From the NCBI GenBank assembly GCA_039798785.1, contig JBDKFG010000027.1, positions 1-60,135 of the forward strand: a DNA stretch of 60,135 nucleotides, written 5' to 3'. This document shows, piece after piece, positions 28,730 to 39,116 of the stretch. The position numbers and the translations under genes are program-made. The notes beneath the pieces were generated by a model, which was not told where the DNA came from, made no database searches, and was given only the letters and a program-made list of their open reading frames with translations. Source of the DNA: Verrucomicrobiota bacterium (GTDB taxonomy: Bacteria > Verrucomicrobiota > Lentisphaeria > Lentisphaerales > Lentisphaeraceae). Within the stretch, counting starts at the first letter, position 1; every line of letters starts with the position of its first letter.

Positions 28730-29566
28730 TCAAGATTTTCTGCGGTACACGGCGGGCTGCAGGGATTCCCATTCAGTCGTGCTGCGGCCGATGGTTTCGG
28801 CGTGGCCGATGTAGAGATAGCCGCCAGGAACCACCCATTGAGCCAAGCGATGCACAAGGTCGTCTTTGGTAGGCTGATCGAAGTATATCATAACGTTCCG
28901 GATGAAGATGACATGGAAAGGCTTCTTGAACTGGAATGGTTTGACCAGGTTGAGTCGCCGGAAGAGAACATCGCTTCGCAGCTCCGGAGCGACTTCAAAG
29001 AGGCCGTCGCCACGGGGCCGGAACCATTTCTTGCGCATCTCGGCGGGGAGCTGGTTGACTTCGTCCTGACCGTAAGCTCCTCGGTAGGCGGTGTTGAGGG
29101 CCCGGGTGGAGATGTCGGTGGCGAGAAGGCCGGCATGCCAACGCGAGACTTCGGCACCGAGGGCTTCGCGGATGAGCATGGCGAGAGTCCAGGGCTCCTC
29201 GCCGGTGGAGGAGGCGGCGCACCAGACCCGCAGATCATATTCGCTTTTCGCTCGCTGCTTCTTCAAGATGTCGGGCAAGGCGACCTGGCTGAGGTGATCG
29301 AAGTGCTTGGGTTCGCGATAGAAGAAGGTGTGATTGGTGGAGATGGCGTTGGCGAGAAGGCTGAGTTCTGCGCCGCTGCGGTCGTTCTCGACAAGGGAGA
29401 TGAAGGCGGCGAAGCTGGGCAGATCGCGATCCCGGAGGATCTTCCCGAGGCGGTTGACCACGAGGGATTTCTTCTCGTGATTGAGGACGATGCCGAAAGC
29501 CTCGTAGACAAGGCTGGCGATGTGCCTGAACTCCTTGTCGCTCAGCTCGGGTGTCGTGATATCCAT
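28730..29566 (-). CDS. cheR: Chemotaxis methyltransferase CheR
   Basis: TNHTFFYRE, WCAASSTGEEP, ATDIS, RNVMIYFD, GHAE. Confidence 0.96.
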   Translation of the reverse strand: MDITTPELSDKEFRHIASLVYEAFGIVLNHEKKSLVVNRLGKILRDRDLPSFAAFISLVENDRSGAELSLLANAISTNHTFFYREPKHFDHLSQVALPDILKKQRAKSEYDLRVWCAASSTGEEPWTLAMLIREALGAEVSRWHAGLLATDISTRALNTAYRGAYGQDEVNQLPAEMRKKWFRPRGDGLFEVAPELRSDVLFRRLNLVKPFQFKKPFHVIFIRNVMIYFDQPTKDDLVHRLAQWVVPGGYLYIGHAETIGRSTTEWESLQPAVYRRKS

Positions 29567-29600
29567 AAGGAAGGCCTCGGAAGTGCGGGGTTGAAGAGGT

Positions 29601-29632
29601 GAGGCTGCCGGCTTCGGGACGCCGGCTGCCTC
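29601..29632. other. Intergenic stem-loop between the MCP and cheR
   Basis: GAGGCTGCCGGC / GCCGGCTGCCTC 12-bp stem with one mismatch, no U-tract. Confidence 0.5.
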
Positions 29633-29655
29633 GCCCAGCCTCTCCCCCTGGGTTC

Positions 29656-32600
29656 TCAGTCAAGAGGGATGATGTCGTTGTGCTGCCTCGATGCCGGCCC
29701 ATGTCCTCCCGGCAGGGACCTCGGTGCGGCCGGCTTGGCCGTCGACGGCTTGGGCGCAAGAGCGGGCAGGGACATGCCCTGCTGCGCCATGGCGGAGCGG
29801 AGAGCGTCCATCAGGTCGGGCGAGATGCCGCTCATGCCGCCGCCGCTGAAGCCCTTGGCCTGCAGCTTGAAGCGGCGCAGCAGCTCCTGCAGCTGCGAAG
29901 CCTGCTCGGAGAGCTCGACCGAAGCTGCGGCGGACTCCTCGGCATTGGCGGTGTTCTGTTGCGTCACCTGGTCGAGCTGCACCAGTCCCTGGTTCACCTG
30001 GCCGATGCCGAGCGCCTGCTCGTTCGAAGCAGCGGCGATCTCGCCGACCAGGTTACTGACCTTGGAGATGCCGTCGACGATCTTGCTGAGCGACTGCGAG
30101 GTCAGCTGGGCGACGTCAGAACCGGCATTGACCTTCTTGATCGATCCTTCGATCAGCTCGGTGGTCTCCTTGGCGGCGTTGGCAGAGCGGGCGGCAAGGT
30201 TGCGCACCTCTTCGGCGACGACTGCGAAGCCTTTGCCGTGGACTCCGGCGCGGGCGGCCTCGACCGCGGCGTTGAGGGCGAGCAGGTTGGTCTGGAAGGC
30301 GATCTCGTCGATCACCTTGATGATCTTGCTGATCTTCTGCGCCGACTCGTCGATCTCGCTCATCGCCTGGACCATCCGGCTCATGTTCTGGCTGCCTCCC
30401 ATAGCATCTTCCTGGGCGGCCTGGGCGAGGCCGTTGGCGCGGCCGGCGGACTCGGCGTTGCCCTTGGTCTGGGAGTTGATCTCGTTCATCGAGGCGGTGA
30501 TCTGCTCGAGCGAGGCGGCCTGCTCGGTGGCGCCCTGGCTGATCATCTGGCTGGTGCTGGACACTTGCGAAGCGCCCTGGCTCATCTGGGAGGAAGCGTC
30601 GCGCACCTGCAGGAGGATCTCATTGAGCTTGTCGAGAGTGCCGTTGAGCGAGTTCTTGAGCACTTCGTGATCGCCCTTGTACTGGCCGGTGACGTAGGCG
30701 GTGAGGTCGCCCTCCGACACCTTGGCGAGCTTCTCGCGGATCTCGGCGATCGGCGCGACGACGGCGTCGATGACTTCGTTGATGCCGGCGAGCATGGGCT
30801 TGTAGACGGCGTCCATGGCGGCGACGTTGCCGCGATGGCTGAGGTTGCCGTTCTTGGCAGCCTCGATGACTCCTGTGACCTCGTTGCGGTAGCGGGCACG
30901 TGCATTGTTGTCCAGCCACTGCACGCCGGAGCCGATGTATTTTCCATCGGCATCGTAGAGGGGCATGGCTACAAGCCCGAACTCCATGCCGCCGGCGCTG
31001 ATCTCGGTCTTGTACGGGAGATTGCGCGGGTTGCCGAGCAAATTGGCCTGCTTGGAGGGGTTGGCATGGAAGTCGTCGATGCAGACGCCGATCAACTTCT
31101 CCGAATCGAAGCTCTTGAAAAGGCTGCGGAATTTCGCGGCGTGTTCACGCATCAAAGCCTGGGCGGCGGGGTTGAGATAGGTGATCTTGCGATTGAGGTC
31201 GCAGATCATCAGATTGGTCTCCACCGCCTCGACCACCGAACTGAGCTGAGCGGCCTTCTTCTCGGAAGCCATCTGAGCCGTGATGTCCAGCCATTCCACC
31301 GTGTTGCCGATGTAGACGCCATTCTGGTCCTTCTTGGCTGACAGGTTCAGCCGGAAAGATTTCGGGCCAACGCTGATGAAAGCGGTAAGCGGCAGGCGGC
31401 TGTGATCGGTGAGCAACCTGGCCTGGTGCGAGGGGTTCTTGTGGAAGATGTCGATGCAGGAACCGATCACCTTGGTGATGTCGAACTGCGGCAGGTACTG
31501 GCGGAAGACCGCCTCGTTGTCGCGCAGCACCTTCATCACTGCGGGGTTGCAGTAGTCGATGACGCGGTTGGCATCGCAGGTCATCACCGCAGTGCCGGAG
31601 TTCTCGATCGCCGAACTGAGGCCGGCGGCCCGCTTCTCAGCGATCAGCTGTTCGGTGACGTCCAGCCATTCGATGGTGTTGCCGACATAGCTGCCGCCGG
31701 TGTCGCGGCGGGCAGTGATGGTGACGCGGAAGGTTTTCGGCCCGATCTTCAGGAAGCTGTTGATCGGCATGCGGGAGAAGTCTTGCAGCATGCGTCCCTG
31801 CTTCTCCGGCTGGGTGTGATAGATGTTGACGTCGGAACCGACGATGCGGTTGATGTTGAAGTTCTTCAGCTCACGGGTGAAGAGCGTCTCATTTTCACGC
31901 ATCATCTTCATCGCCGAGGGGTTGACGTAGTCGATGATGCGATCGGCGCCGCAGGTCATCATCGGCGTCGCGGCGCCTTCGAGCGAGGAGTTGGCCTTGG
32001 CGGCGATGTCGGAAGCCCTCAGCTCGGCGCTGTTTGCCGCTTCGAAGGCAACGTTCATGTCACGGGTCAAGGCCCCGATCTCGTCGTTAGTGTTCACTTC
32101 GCCTCGCGCCCTGCGATTGCCCGATGCAAAATCACGGGCTGCCGCGGCAGTGGCGACCACTGGCATGGCAGCACGATTCCCGAACCAAAGACTGAAGATC
32201 AACGAAGCCAGGCCGACAAGTCCACCGATCAGGATGAAGCGATTGCGGAGAACAGAGATATCCGCCATCGCCTCGTCATGGCCCATTTCCGCGGCAATGG
32301 CCCAATTGACACCATCCATCTTGAAGTTGCTGACCGCGATCAAGGAGTCTTCACCGAGGGCGGTCACGCGCTGGTGATCTTCTTTACCGGTGGCGATGCA
32401 GTTCGCAAATATATCTAGCTCTCCTTGACTGCCGGCGTAGCTTGCCTTCATCTCCAAAAAGCCGACATTCGTCTTGAGATTTTTCATGCGTGTACGCAAG
32501 GCTTCGTCAGGCACCTCTTTGGAAAATTCTTCGCCAGAACTTTGATTGCCTTCATAAACCCATTTATGGAAATGACCGTCGTTGGTGCGAATCATGTGAT

Positions 32601-33489
32601 CGGGACCGACGGCATAAACCTCGCCACTGTTGCCGATCGAAGCCGATCTATCGAGCAGGATCTCGCTGACCCGCTTGTCAGAGATCTGCACGGCCAGAAC
32701 GCCGACGAGCTTGCCGTCGCGATGAACCGGCGCAGCGACAAACATCGCATTAAGGCCCTTGCTGGGAGAGTAAAACTGATAATCACTTACCTTGATCTGG
32801 TCTTTGAGAATCTCTCGATTCTCAGAGTCTTCTAGGCCCAGTTGCTTAGGGGCTTCCGCTTGCGCACCCTTAAAGACCTTCGCCAACCCACTTTGAGAAA
32901 GCTCATGGTCTTTCAAAACATTGCGCCCTAAGTCAACCTCTTTTGCTGCTGTATAGATGATGTCGCCGTCCGGGCTAATCAAAAAGACATCATAAAGCCC
33001 GAGCGAATACCGGACATTTGTGTAGAAAGAATGCAAGCTTTCATGAGCCACGGCATAAGGGTGATTGGGATCAGGCTTCATGGGCGGGAGGAACTGCTGC
33101 TGCAGCGCGACCGCCCGACCTTCCGGAAGATTGACGCCTTGCTTGGCGCCATTTTTCAAGCAATCCTTGGTGACCTCGTCATAAAAGGCGATCAGATCCT
33201 TATCCGGCTTGAGATCGGCAGGAAAGGAGAGGAAGGCCGGCTGCAAAGACTCGAAGGCCTTTTGTGTCGCCGGCGAACGAGAGAGAAAACCAAGAGAGCC
33301 GCGCAACTGATCGAAATAAGTGTGGAGCGACTCCTTCTTGGCAACACTCAGCGACTGCAGGTTCATCTCGAGTTGAGACATCATCGCCGAGTGGGCCTGT
33401 TGGTAGCCCATGGTACCTATCAAGGTGGCGATACCAAGGGACCCCGCCAAAGCGGTGAAACCGATGCGTCTAGCCAATTTCATTTCCAT
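29656..33489 (-). CDS. Methyl-accepting chemotaxis protein: TM-dCache-TM-HAMP-3xPAS(Aer2-type)-HAMP-MA
   Basis: Two TM helices around a Cache-like domain (YDVFLI, GEVYAVG); three PAS repeats; [20 protein letters not shown]; start 33489 or 33483. Confidence 0.93.
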   Translation of the reverse strand: MEMKLARRIGFTALAGSLGIATLIGTMGYQQAHSAMMSQLEMNLQSLSVAKKESLHTYFDQLRGSLGFLSRSPATQKAFESLQPAFLSFPADLKPDKDLIAFYDEVTKDCLKNGAKQGVNLPEGRAVALQQQFLPPMKPDPNHPYAVAHESLHSFYTNVRYSLGLYDVFLISPDGDIIYTAAKEVDLGRNVLKDHELSQSGLAKVFKGAQAEAPKQLGLEDSENREILKDQIKVSDYQFYSPSKGLNAMFVAAPVHRDGKLVGVLAVQISDKRVSEILLDRSASIGNSGEVYAVGPDHMIRTNDGHFHKWVYEGNQSSGEEFSKEVPDEALRTRMKNLKTNVGFLEMKASYAGSQGELDIFANCIATGKEDHQRVTALGEDSLIAVSNFKMDGVNWAIAAEMGHDEAMADISVLRNRFILIGGLVGLASLIFSLWFGNRAAMPVVATAAAARDFASGNRRARGEVNTNDEIGALTRDMNVAFEAANSAELRASDIAAKANSSLEGAATPMMTCGADRIIDYVNPSAMKMMRENETLFTRELKNFNINRIVGSDVNIYHTQPEKQGRMLQDFSRMPINSFLKIGPKTFRVTITARRDTGGSYVGNTIEWLDVTEQLIAEKRAAGLSSAIENSGTAVMTCDANRVIDYCNPAVMKVLRDNEAVFRQYLPQFDITKVIGSCIDIFHKNPSHQARLLTDHSRLPLTAFISVGPKSFRLNLSAKKDQNGVYIGNTVEWLDITAQMASEKKAAQLSSVVEAVETNLMICDLNRKITYLNPAAQALMREHAAKFRSLFKSFDSEKLIGVCIDDFHANPSKQANLLGNPRNLPYKTEISAGGMEFGLVAMPLYDADGKYIGSGVQWLDNNARARYRNEVTGVIEAAKNGNLSHRGNVAAMDAVYKPMLAGINEVIDAVVAPIAEIREKLAKVSEGDLTAYVTGQYKGDHEVLKNSLNGTLDKLNEILLQVRDASSQMSQGASQVSSTSQMISQGATEQAASLEQITASMNEINSQTKGNAESAGRANGLAQAAQEDAMGGSQNMSRMVQAMSEIDESAQKISKIIKVIDEIAFQTNLLALNAAVEAARAGVHGKGFAVVAEEVRNLAARSANAAKETTELIEGSIKKVNAGSDVAQLTSQSLSKIVDGISKVSNLVGEIAAASNEQALGIGQVNQGLVQLDQVTQQNTANAEESAAASVELSEQASQLQELLRRFKLQAKGFSGGGMSGISPDLMDALRSAMAQQGMSLPALAPKPSTAKPAAPRSLPGGHGPASRQHNDIIPLD

Positions 33490-33617
33490 TCTCCTTACCT
33501 GGGGTGCGATTATCAAGTACCATCTAGCCGGCTGCCGACCGATTCCGAGCTTGCTAGGTCCCAGGGACAGGGACTCTCGCAGCCTGATATCTGACGGCGA
33601 CCTTGGGCTTCAGCGAG

Positions 33618-36215
33618 TCAATACCTTCCGGTGCCGCCGTCGAAGTCATCGAGGGGGATGATGTCGTTGGCGCCCTTTTTCGGTCCGGCGGAGGCGGGCG
33701 GGGTTCGGTTCTGCTGGAAGTGGGAAGCGGGCTTGGCGGCGGGCTTGTTCATCCCGAGGGCTTTGGCCGGGGGGCTGTGGTGGGAGGAGCTGCCGAGCTG
33801 GGGCAGGCTGACACCCTGCTGGGCCATGGCGGAGCGGAGGGCGTCCATCAGATCCGGCGAGATGCCGCTCATGCCGCCTCCGGCACCTCCGAAGGACTTG
33901 GCTTGGAGCTTGAAGCGGCGGAGCAGTTCCTGCAGCTGAGCCCCCTGCTCGGAGAGTTCGACCGCGGCCGCAGCGGATTCTTCGGCGTTGGCAGTGTTCT
34001 GCTGGGTCACCTGGTCGAGCTGCACCAGGCCCTGGTTGACCTGGCCGATGCCGAGCGCCTGCTCGTTCGAGGCGGCGGCGATTTCGCCGACCAGGTTACT
34101 GACCTTGGAGATGCCGTCGACGATCTTGCTCAGCGACTGCGAAGTCATCTGGGCCACTTCGTTACCGGTGTTGACCTTCTTGATCGATCCTTCGATCAGC
34201 TCGGTGGTCTCCTTGGCGGCGTTGGCGGAGCGGGCGGCGAGGTTGCGAACCTCCTCGGCGACGACAGCAAAGCCTTTGCCGTGGACCCCGGCGCGGGCGG
34301 CCTCGACCGCGGCATTGAGGGCGAGCAGGTTGGTCTGGAAGGCGATCTCGTCGATCACCTTGATGATCTTGCTGATCTTCTGGGCCGACTCGTCGATCTC
34401 GCTCATCGCCTGGACCATGCGGCCCATGTTGGAGCTGCCGCCTTCGGCGTCGCCCTTGGCGGCCTGGGCAAGTCCGTTGGCACGGCCGGCGGACTCGGCG
34501 TTGCCCTTGGTCTGGGAGTTGATCTCGTTCATCGAGGCGGTGATCTGCTCGAGCGAGGCGGCCTGCTCGGTGGCTCCCTGACTGATCATCTGGCTGGTGC
34601 TGGAGACTTGCGACGCCCCCTGGCTCATCTGGGACGAAGCGTCGCGCACCTGCAGAAGGATCTCGTTGAGCTTGTCGAGAGTGCTGTTGAGCGAGTTCTT
34701 GAGGAGCTCATGGTCTCCTTTATAGTTGCCGGTAACATAGGCGGTGAGGTCCCCCTCCGACACCTTGGCGAGCTTCTCGCGGATCTCGGCGATCGGAGCG
34801 ACGACGGCATCGATGACCTCGTTGATGCCGGCGAGCATGGGCTTGTAGATGGCGTCCATGGCTGCGACGTTGCCGCGATAGTTGAGATTGCCGTTCTTCG
34901 CGGCTTCGATGACGCCGGTGACTTCGTTGCGGTAGCGGGCACGAGCGTTGTTGTCGAGCCACTGCACGCCTGAGCCGATGTATTTGCCTTCGGCGTCGTA
35001 GAGGGCCATGGCGTTGAGGCCGAACTCCATGCCGCCGACCGCGATTTCCGTCCGGTAGGGGAGGTTGCGGGGGTTGCCGAGCAGCCCGGCCTGGTGGGCG
35101 GGGTTCTTGTGGAACTCGTCGATCTGGCGGCCAATCAACCTCTCGGCGTCGAAGTTCTTGAAGAGCTCGCGGAACTTGTGAGCGTGTTCGCGCATCAGGG
35201 TTTGGCAAGCTGGGTTGAGGTAGGTGATGCGGCGCTCGAGGTCGCAGATCATCAGATTCGTCTCGACGTTCTCGACCACCGAGTTGAGCGAAGCGGCCTT
35301 CTTCTCGGCGGCGAGCATGGAGGTGATGTCAAGCCATTCGACGGTATTGCCGATGAAGCGGCCCTCCGAATCCTTCTTGGCCGAGAGATTGAGGCGGAAG
35401 GTCTTGGGTCCGACGCTGATGAAGGCTGTGAGGGGCATACGAGCGAAATCGGTGAGGAGCCGCGCCTGGTGGCTCGGGTTCTTATGGAAGATGTCAATGC
35501 AGGAGCCGATGATCTTGTTGATGTCGAACTGCGGCAGGTACTGGCGGAAGAGCCCTTCGTTCTCGCGCAGGACCTTCATCACCGCCGGGTTGCAGTAGTC
35601 GATGACGCGTTTCTCGTCGCAGGTCATCACCGCGGTGCCGGAGTTCTCGATCGCCGAGCTGAGACCGGCAGCGCGAGTCTCGGCGGCGAGCTGGGCGGTG
35701 ATGTCAAGCCATTCGACGGTGTTGCCGACGTAGGCGCCGGCGGCGTCCTTGCGGGCGCTGAGATTGAGGCGGAAGGTCTTGGGACCGACGCTGATGTAGG
35801 CGGTGAAAGGCATGCGGGCGAAGTCGGTCAGCATTCGCGCCTGCTTGTCGGGATTCTTGTGGAAGATGTCGATGCAGGTGCCGATGATCTTGTTGGAATC
35901 GAAGCCTGGAAGTTCGCGCCGGAAGAGCGCTTCGTTGTCGCGCAAGACCCTCATCACGGCAGGGTTGCAGTAGTCGATGACGCGCTTGGCGTCGCAGGTC
36001 ATGATGGCGGTGCCGGAGCCATCAAGGGAGGCGTTGGCCTTGGCCAGGGACTCGGCTGCAGTCGAGGCCTGCTTCCTGGAAGCCTCCAACTCCCTCTTCA
36101 GGGATGCGGCAGTCTCCTGCTCAGCATGGAGTGCGGCGTTCTTTTTGATGGCGAAGGCGGCGGCAGCGACAGTGGTGACGCCGAAAGTACAGGCGGCGAT
36201 GATTTCGATACTCAT
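33618..36215 (-). CDS. Methyl-accepting chemotaxis protein: N-anchor-3xPAS(Aer2-type)-HAMP-MA
   Basis: N-terminal hydrophobic segment; three PAS repeats with FHKNP and V(E/Q)W; MA domain; acidic tail ending [10 protein letters not shown]. Confidence 0.94.
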   Translation of the reverse strand: MSIEIIAACTFGVTTVAAAAFAIKKNAALHAEQETAASLKRELEASRKQASTAAESLAKANASLDGSGTAIMTCDAKRVIDYCNPAVMRVLRDNEALFRRELPGFDSNKIIGTCIDIFHKNPDKQARMLTDFARMPFTAYISVGPKTFRLNLSARKDAAGAYVGNTVEWLDITAQLAAETRAAGLSSAIENSGTAVMTCDEKRVIDYCNPAVMKVLRENEGLFRQYLPQFDINKIIGSCIDIFHKNPSHQARLLTDFARMPLTAFISVGPKTFRLNLSAKKDSEGRFIGNTVEWLDITSMLAAEKKAASLNSVVENVETNLMICDLERRITYLNPACQTLMREHAHKFRELFKNFDAERLIGRQIDEFHKNPAHQAGLLGNPRNLPYRTEIAVGGMEFGLNAMALYDAEGKYIGSGVQWLDNNARARYRNEVTGVIEAAKNGNLNYRGNVAAMDAIYKPMLAGINEVIDAVVAPIAEIREKLAKVSEGDLTAYVTGNYKGDHELLKNSLNSTLDKLNEILLQVRDASSQMSQGASQVSSTSQMISQGATEQAASLEQITASMNEINSQTKGNAESAGRANGLAQAAKGDAEGGSSNMGRMVQAMSEIDESAQKISKIIKVIDEIAFQTNLLALNAAVEAARAGVHGKGFAVVAEEVRNLAARSANAAKETTELIEGSIKKVNTGNEVAQMTSQSLSKIVDGISKVSNLVGEIAAASNEQALGIGQVNQGLVQLDQVTQQNTANAEESAAAAVELSEQGAQLQELLRRFKLQAKSFGGAGGGMSGISPDLMDALRSAMAQQGVSLPQLGSSSHHSPPAKALGMNKPAAKPASHFQQNRTPPASAGPKKGANDIIPLDDFDGGTGRY

Positions 36216-36236
36216 GGTGAATCTCCAGTTTTAATA

Positions 36237-36740
36237 TTAAGCGTTCTGGCCGGCGGCCATCTTCTCCAGAGTGTCATCAAAGAGCAGCCGGTGGACATCG
36301 ATCAGCATCTTGATCGAGTCGCCGACCTTGCCCATGCCGGAGACGAAGTTGTCCTGATCGCGACTGATGGTGGAGCAGGCTTCGATCGCGCCTTTGGGGA
36401 TGTCGAGCACTTCCGAGACGGTATCGACCACCAGGCCGACGGTGGCGTCGTTGTGCTGGACGACGATGATGCAGGTGCGCTCGTCGTAGTCGCGTCCCGG
36501 CATGCGAAAGCGGAGGCGCACGTCCATCACCGGGATGACCTTGCCGCGGAGATTGATCACTCCTTTGATGAAAGGCGGCGTCTTGGGGACCTGGGTGATG
36601 CGCTGCATGCCGATGATCTCGGTGACGTGGACGATGGCGATGCCGTAGTCTTCCGAAGCGATGTGGAAGGTCAGGTACTTATCCTTCTGGGCGTCGAGAT
36701 CGTCTTCTTCCTCGACGGGGTGCTTGGCGTTGCTGGGCAT
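36237..36740 (-). CDS. cheW: Chemotaxis coupling protein CheW
   Basis: YLTF, GVINLRGKVIPV, GLVVDTVSEV. Confidence 0.96.
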   Translation of the reverse strand: MPSNAKHPVEEEDDLDAQKDKYLTFHIASEDYGIAIVHVTEIIGMQRITQVPKTPPFIKGVINLRGKVIPVMDVRLRFRMPGRDYDERTCIIVVQHNDATVGLVVDTVSEVLDIPKGAIEACSTISRDQDNFVSGMGKVGDSIKMLIDVHRLLFDDTLEKMAAGQNA

Positions 36741-36764
36741 GGCTGGGACTCCTTTGTGCTGAGA

Positions 36765-38912
36765 TCAAGATTTATGAGTGAGCTGCATGACTTCTTCGAG
36801 ATCAAGGATGAGGGCCACCTGGCCGTCGGACAGGATGGTGAAGCCGGAGATTCCCGGGGTGTTGCAGATCTGGCCGGCGAGAGGCTTGACGATGGTCTGC
36901 ATCTGCGACACGATGTCATCGACGAAGAGGCAGATGGGGCCGCGGAAGAGATTGATGATGATGACGATGCCTTCGTCGAGGCGCTGCGTCCGGGGCTCGA
37001 TGCCATGGCAGAGATGGAGCCGGACCACCGGCAAGACTTCCTTGCGGATGCGCAGGAACTCCTGGCCGTCGTGGCGGGTGTTGAGCTGTTCAGGATGGGG
37101 CCGCAGGGTTTCGCGGATGAGGAGCAAGGGGATCATGTACTGGACATGGCCGACCTTGACCAGCATGCCGTCGATAGTGGAGAGCGACAGAGGGATGCGG
37201 ATGACGAAGCTGGCTCCCTTGCCGGCCTCGCTGTGTATTTCAATCCGTCCCTTGACCTTGTCGATGTTGCTGCGGACCACATCCATGCCGACGCCGCGAC
37301 CGGAGATATCGGTGACGGTGTCGGCGGTGGAGAAGCCCGGCTTGAAGATCAGCTGCCAGACATCCTGGTCCGACATCGACGTCCCTTCGTCTTCGATCAA
37401 GGCCTGCTGCCTCGCCTTGGCCAGGATGCGGGACCGGGACAGTCCCCGTCCATCGTCCTGGAGAGTGATGACGATCTCGGCGCCGATCTGGGCGGCGCTG
37501 AGGCGGATGCACCCCTCCTCCGGCTTGCCGGCGGCGCGGCGCTCTTCAGGGGTTTCGAGGCCGTGATCGGCGGAGTTGCGCAGCATGTGCATCAAAGGGT
37601 CGCCGAGGATTTCAATGACGCTGCGGTCGACCTCGGTATCCTCGCCTTTGAGTTCGAGCCGGATCTCCTTGCCGCTCCGCTGTTTGAGATCATGAATGAC
37701 GCGGCTCATGCGGCGGAAGACGCCGGATATCGGCACCAGGCGGACCGCCATGGCCAGGTCCTGAAGCTCATTGGTGATGAGGCGGAGCCGATGGGAGGCT
37801 CGTTCGAAATTGGGCAGGTTGAGTCCCGCAAGGTCGGGATTGTGAGTGACCATGATTTCGGAGATGAGGAGTTCACCGACGAGGTTCATCAGGCGATCGA
37901 GCTTGTCGACGTCGACGCGGATCTCACGGCGGGCCTTGGCGGCGGCCTCAGGCTTGACTTCGGCGGGGCTTTCGGATCTCGTTTCCGCTTTGGACTGCGT
38001 CTCCTTGGCGGGCGCAGCGGGCTTTTGCGGCGCCGGAGCACTCGCTTCAGATCGGATTTCGGCGGCAGGCGCGGACGCTATCCCGGCAAGGGGAGCGGCG
38101 AGAGCAGCCGCCTGAGGCTGGCGCTCCGCCGCCTTATTGATCAGGCAAGAGATCTCATCGATGTCCGGAGCCGGGTCAGGCCAAGCGGCGACGCCGTCGA
38201 GGAGGGCGAAGGCGAAGTTATCCAGCTTGTCGCAAAATCCGACAATGACTGGACGGAAGCTCTGCCGGGACGCATCATCCTGGCAAGCGCTGAGAGCCGC
38301 AGAGAGCGCCTGAAAGACCTGGCTGGCCGCATCGCAGGGAAGCGAGTCCATGAGAAGGCGGATCGACTCGGTCAATTCCAGGGCGCGAGAGGAAATCCTC
38401 TGGGATTCTTGACGGAGCTGCTCGGACGCCTCCATGAACGCGCGCACCATCTCCCCCGAGTCCGCCGCCTCTTGCTGCTTTCGATCTTGTGCTTCAGGAG
38501 CGCTGATGCCCTGAATTTTTTTCAGATGAGCAAGCACCTGATCAAGATCCGGCACTTCTCCCGGACCGCCCTGCGCGAAATTATTCAGACCTTCGCGCAG
38601 AGAATCGATGGTCTCCAGCGAAGCCGCGACGGCGGGTGCGGATTCGACTTCGCCGTCCTGCACGGCGATGATCAGAGACTCGACCGCATGGCTGGCCTGC
38701 TGCAGCTGCGACAGGGCGAGAAGGCCGCAGTTGCCCTTGAAGGTATGGATGTACTGCATGACCAGCTGCAAGGCGGCGGCATCGTCGGGGGACTGCATCA
38801 GCTTGAGCAAGGTCGCCTCGGCTTCCTGCAGCTGCTCCAAAGCCTCGACCATGAACTGGGCGACCAGCTCCGGCGAGATCTCGAAGCTGAAGCTGGAATC
38901 GTCGCCACTCAT
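36765..38912 (-). CDS. cheA: Chemotaxis histidine kinase CheA (1)
   Basis: Hpt HTFKG; IRVDVDKLDRLMNLVGEL; RNSADHG; DDGRG; GRGVGMDVV; CheW domain; start ATG 38912. Confidence 0.95.
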   Translation of the reverse strand: MSGDDSSFSFEISPELVAQFMVEALEQLQEAEATLLKLMQSPDDAAALQLVMQYIHTFKGNCGLLALSQLQQASHAVESLIIAVQDGEVESAPAVAASLETIDSLREGLNNFAQGGPGEVPDLDQVLAHLKKIQGISAPEAQDRKQQEAADSGEMVRAFMEASEQLRQESQRISSRALELTESIRLLMDSLPCDAASQVFQALSAALSACQDDASRQSFRPVIVGFCDKLDNFAFALLDGVAAWPDPAPDIDEISCLINKAAERQPQAAALAAPLAGIASAPAAEIRSEASAPAPQKPAAPAKETQSKAETRSESPAEVKPEAAAKARREIRVDVDKLDRLMNLVGELLISEIMVTHNPDLAGLNLPNFERASHRLRLITNELQDLAMAVRLVPISGVFRRMSRVIHDLKQRSGKEIRLELKGEDTEVDRSVIEILGDPLMHMLRNSADHGLETPEERRAAGKPEEGCIRLSAAQIGAEIVITLQDDGRGLSRSRILAKARQQALIEDEGTSMSDQDVWQLIFKPGFSTADTVTDISGRGVGMDVVRSNIDKVKGRIEIHSEAGKGASFVIRIPLSLSTIDGMLVKVGHVQYMIPLLLIRETLRPHPEQLNTRHDGQEFLRIRKEVLPVVRLHLCHGIEPRTQRLDEGIVIIINLFRGPICLFVDDIVSQMQTIVKPLAGQICNTPGISGFTILSDGQVALILDLEEVMQLTHKS

Positions 38913-39116
38913 CTCCGGCACCCGTTTCTTGCTTGTTGACTGATCATGCGGAATGGTCTCCCGAAGCACTTACCCGGGGCGCTTCAACGCAATCCCTGTG
39001 CCTGAAAACCTATACCCGAGCGGAATCATTCTGAATTTCTCCAATTCACTCCTCTACTCACAACTGGCACCAAGAATGCGTTAGGCCTGCTTGTATCTGA
39101 TCAGGAGTCAGCCTCC

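Noticed and set aside
33560..33610. CCCAGGG…CCTTGGG between the two MCP genes as a fourth REP copy
   Set aside because: Lacks the GAGCCGCATCGGCG core; similarity too weak
35094..38939. 1281-aa plus-strand ORF, and similar long ORFs such as 6022..7635, 7368..9260, 12206..14116, 29599..31341 and 53608..55227
   Set aside because: Antisense shadows of well-supported genes in high-GC3 DNA; no recognisable motifs
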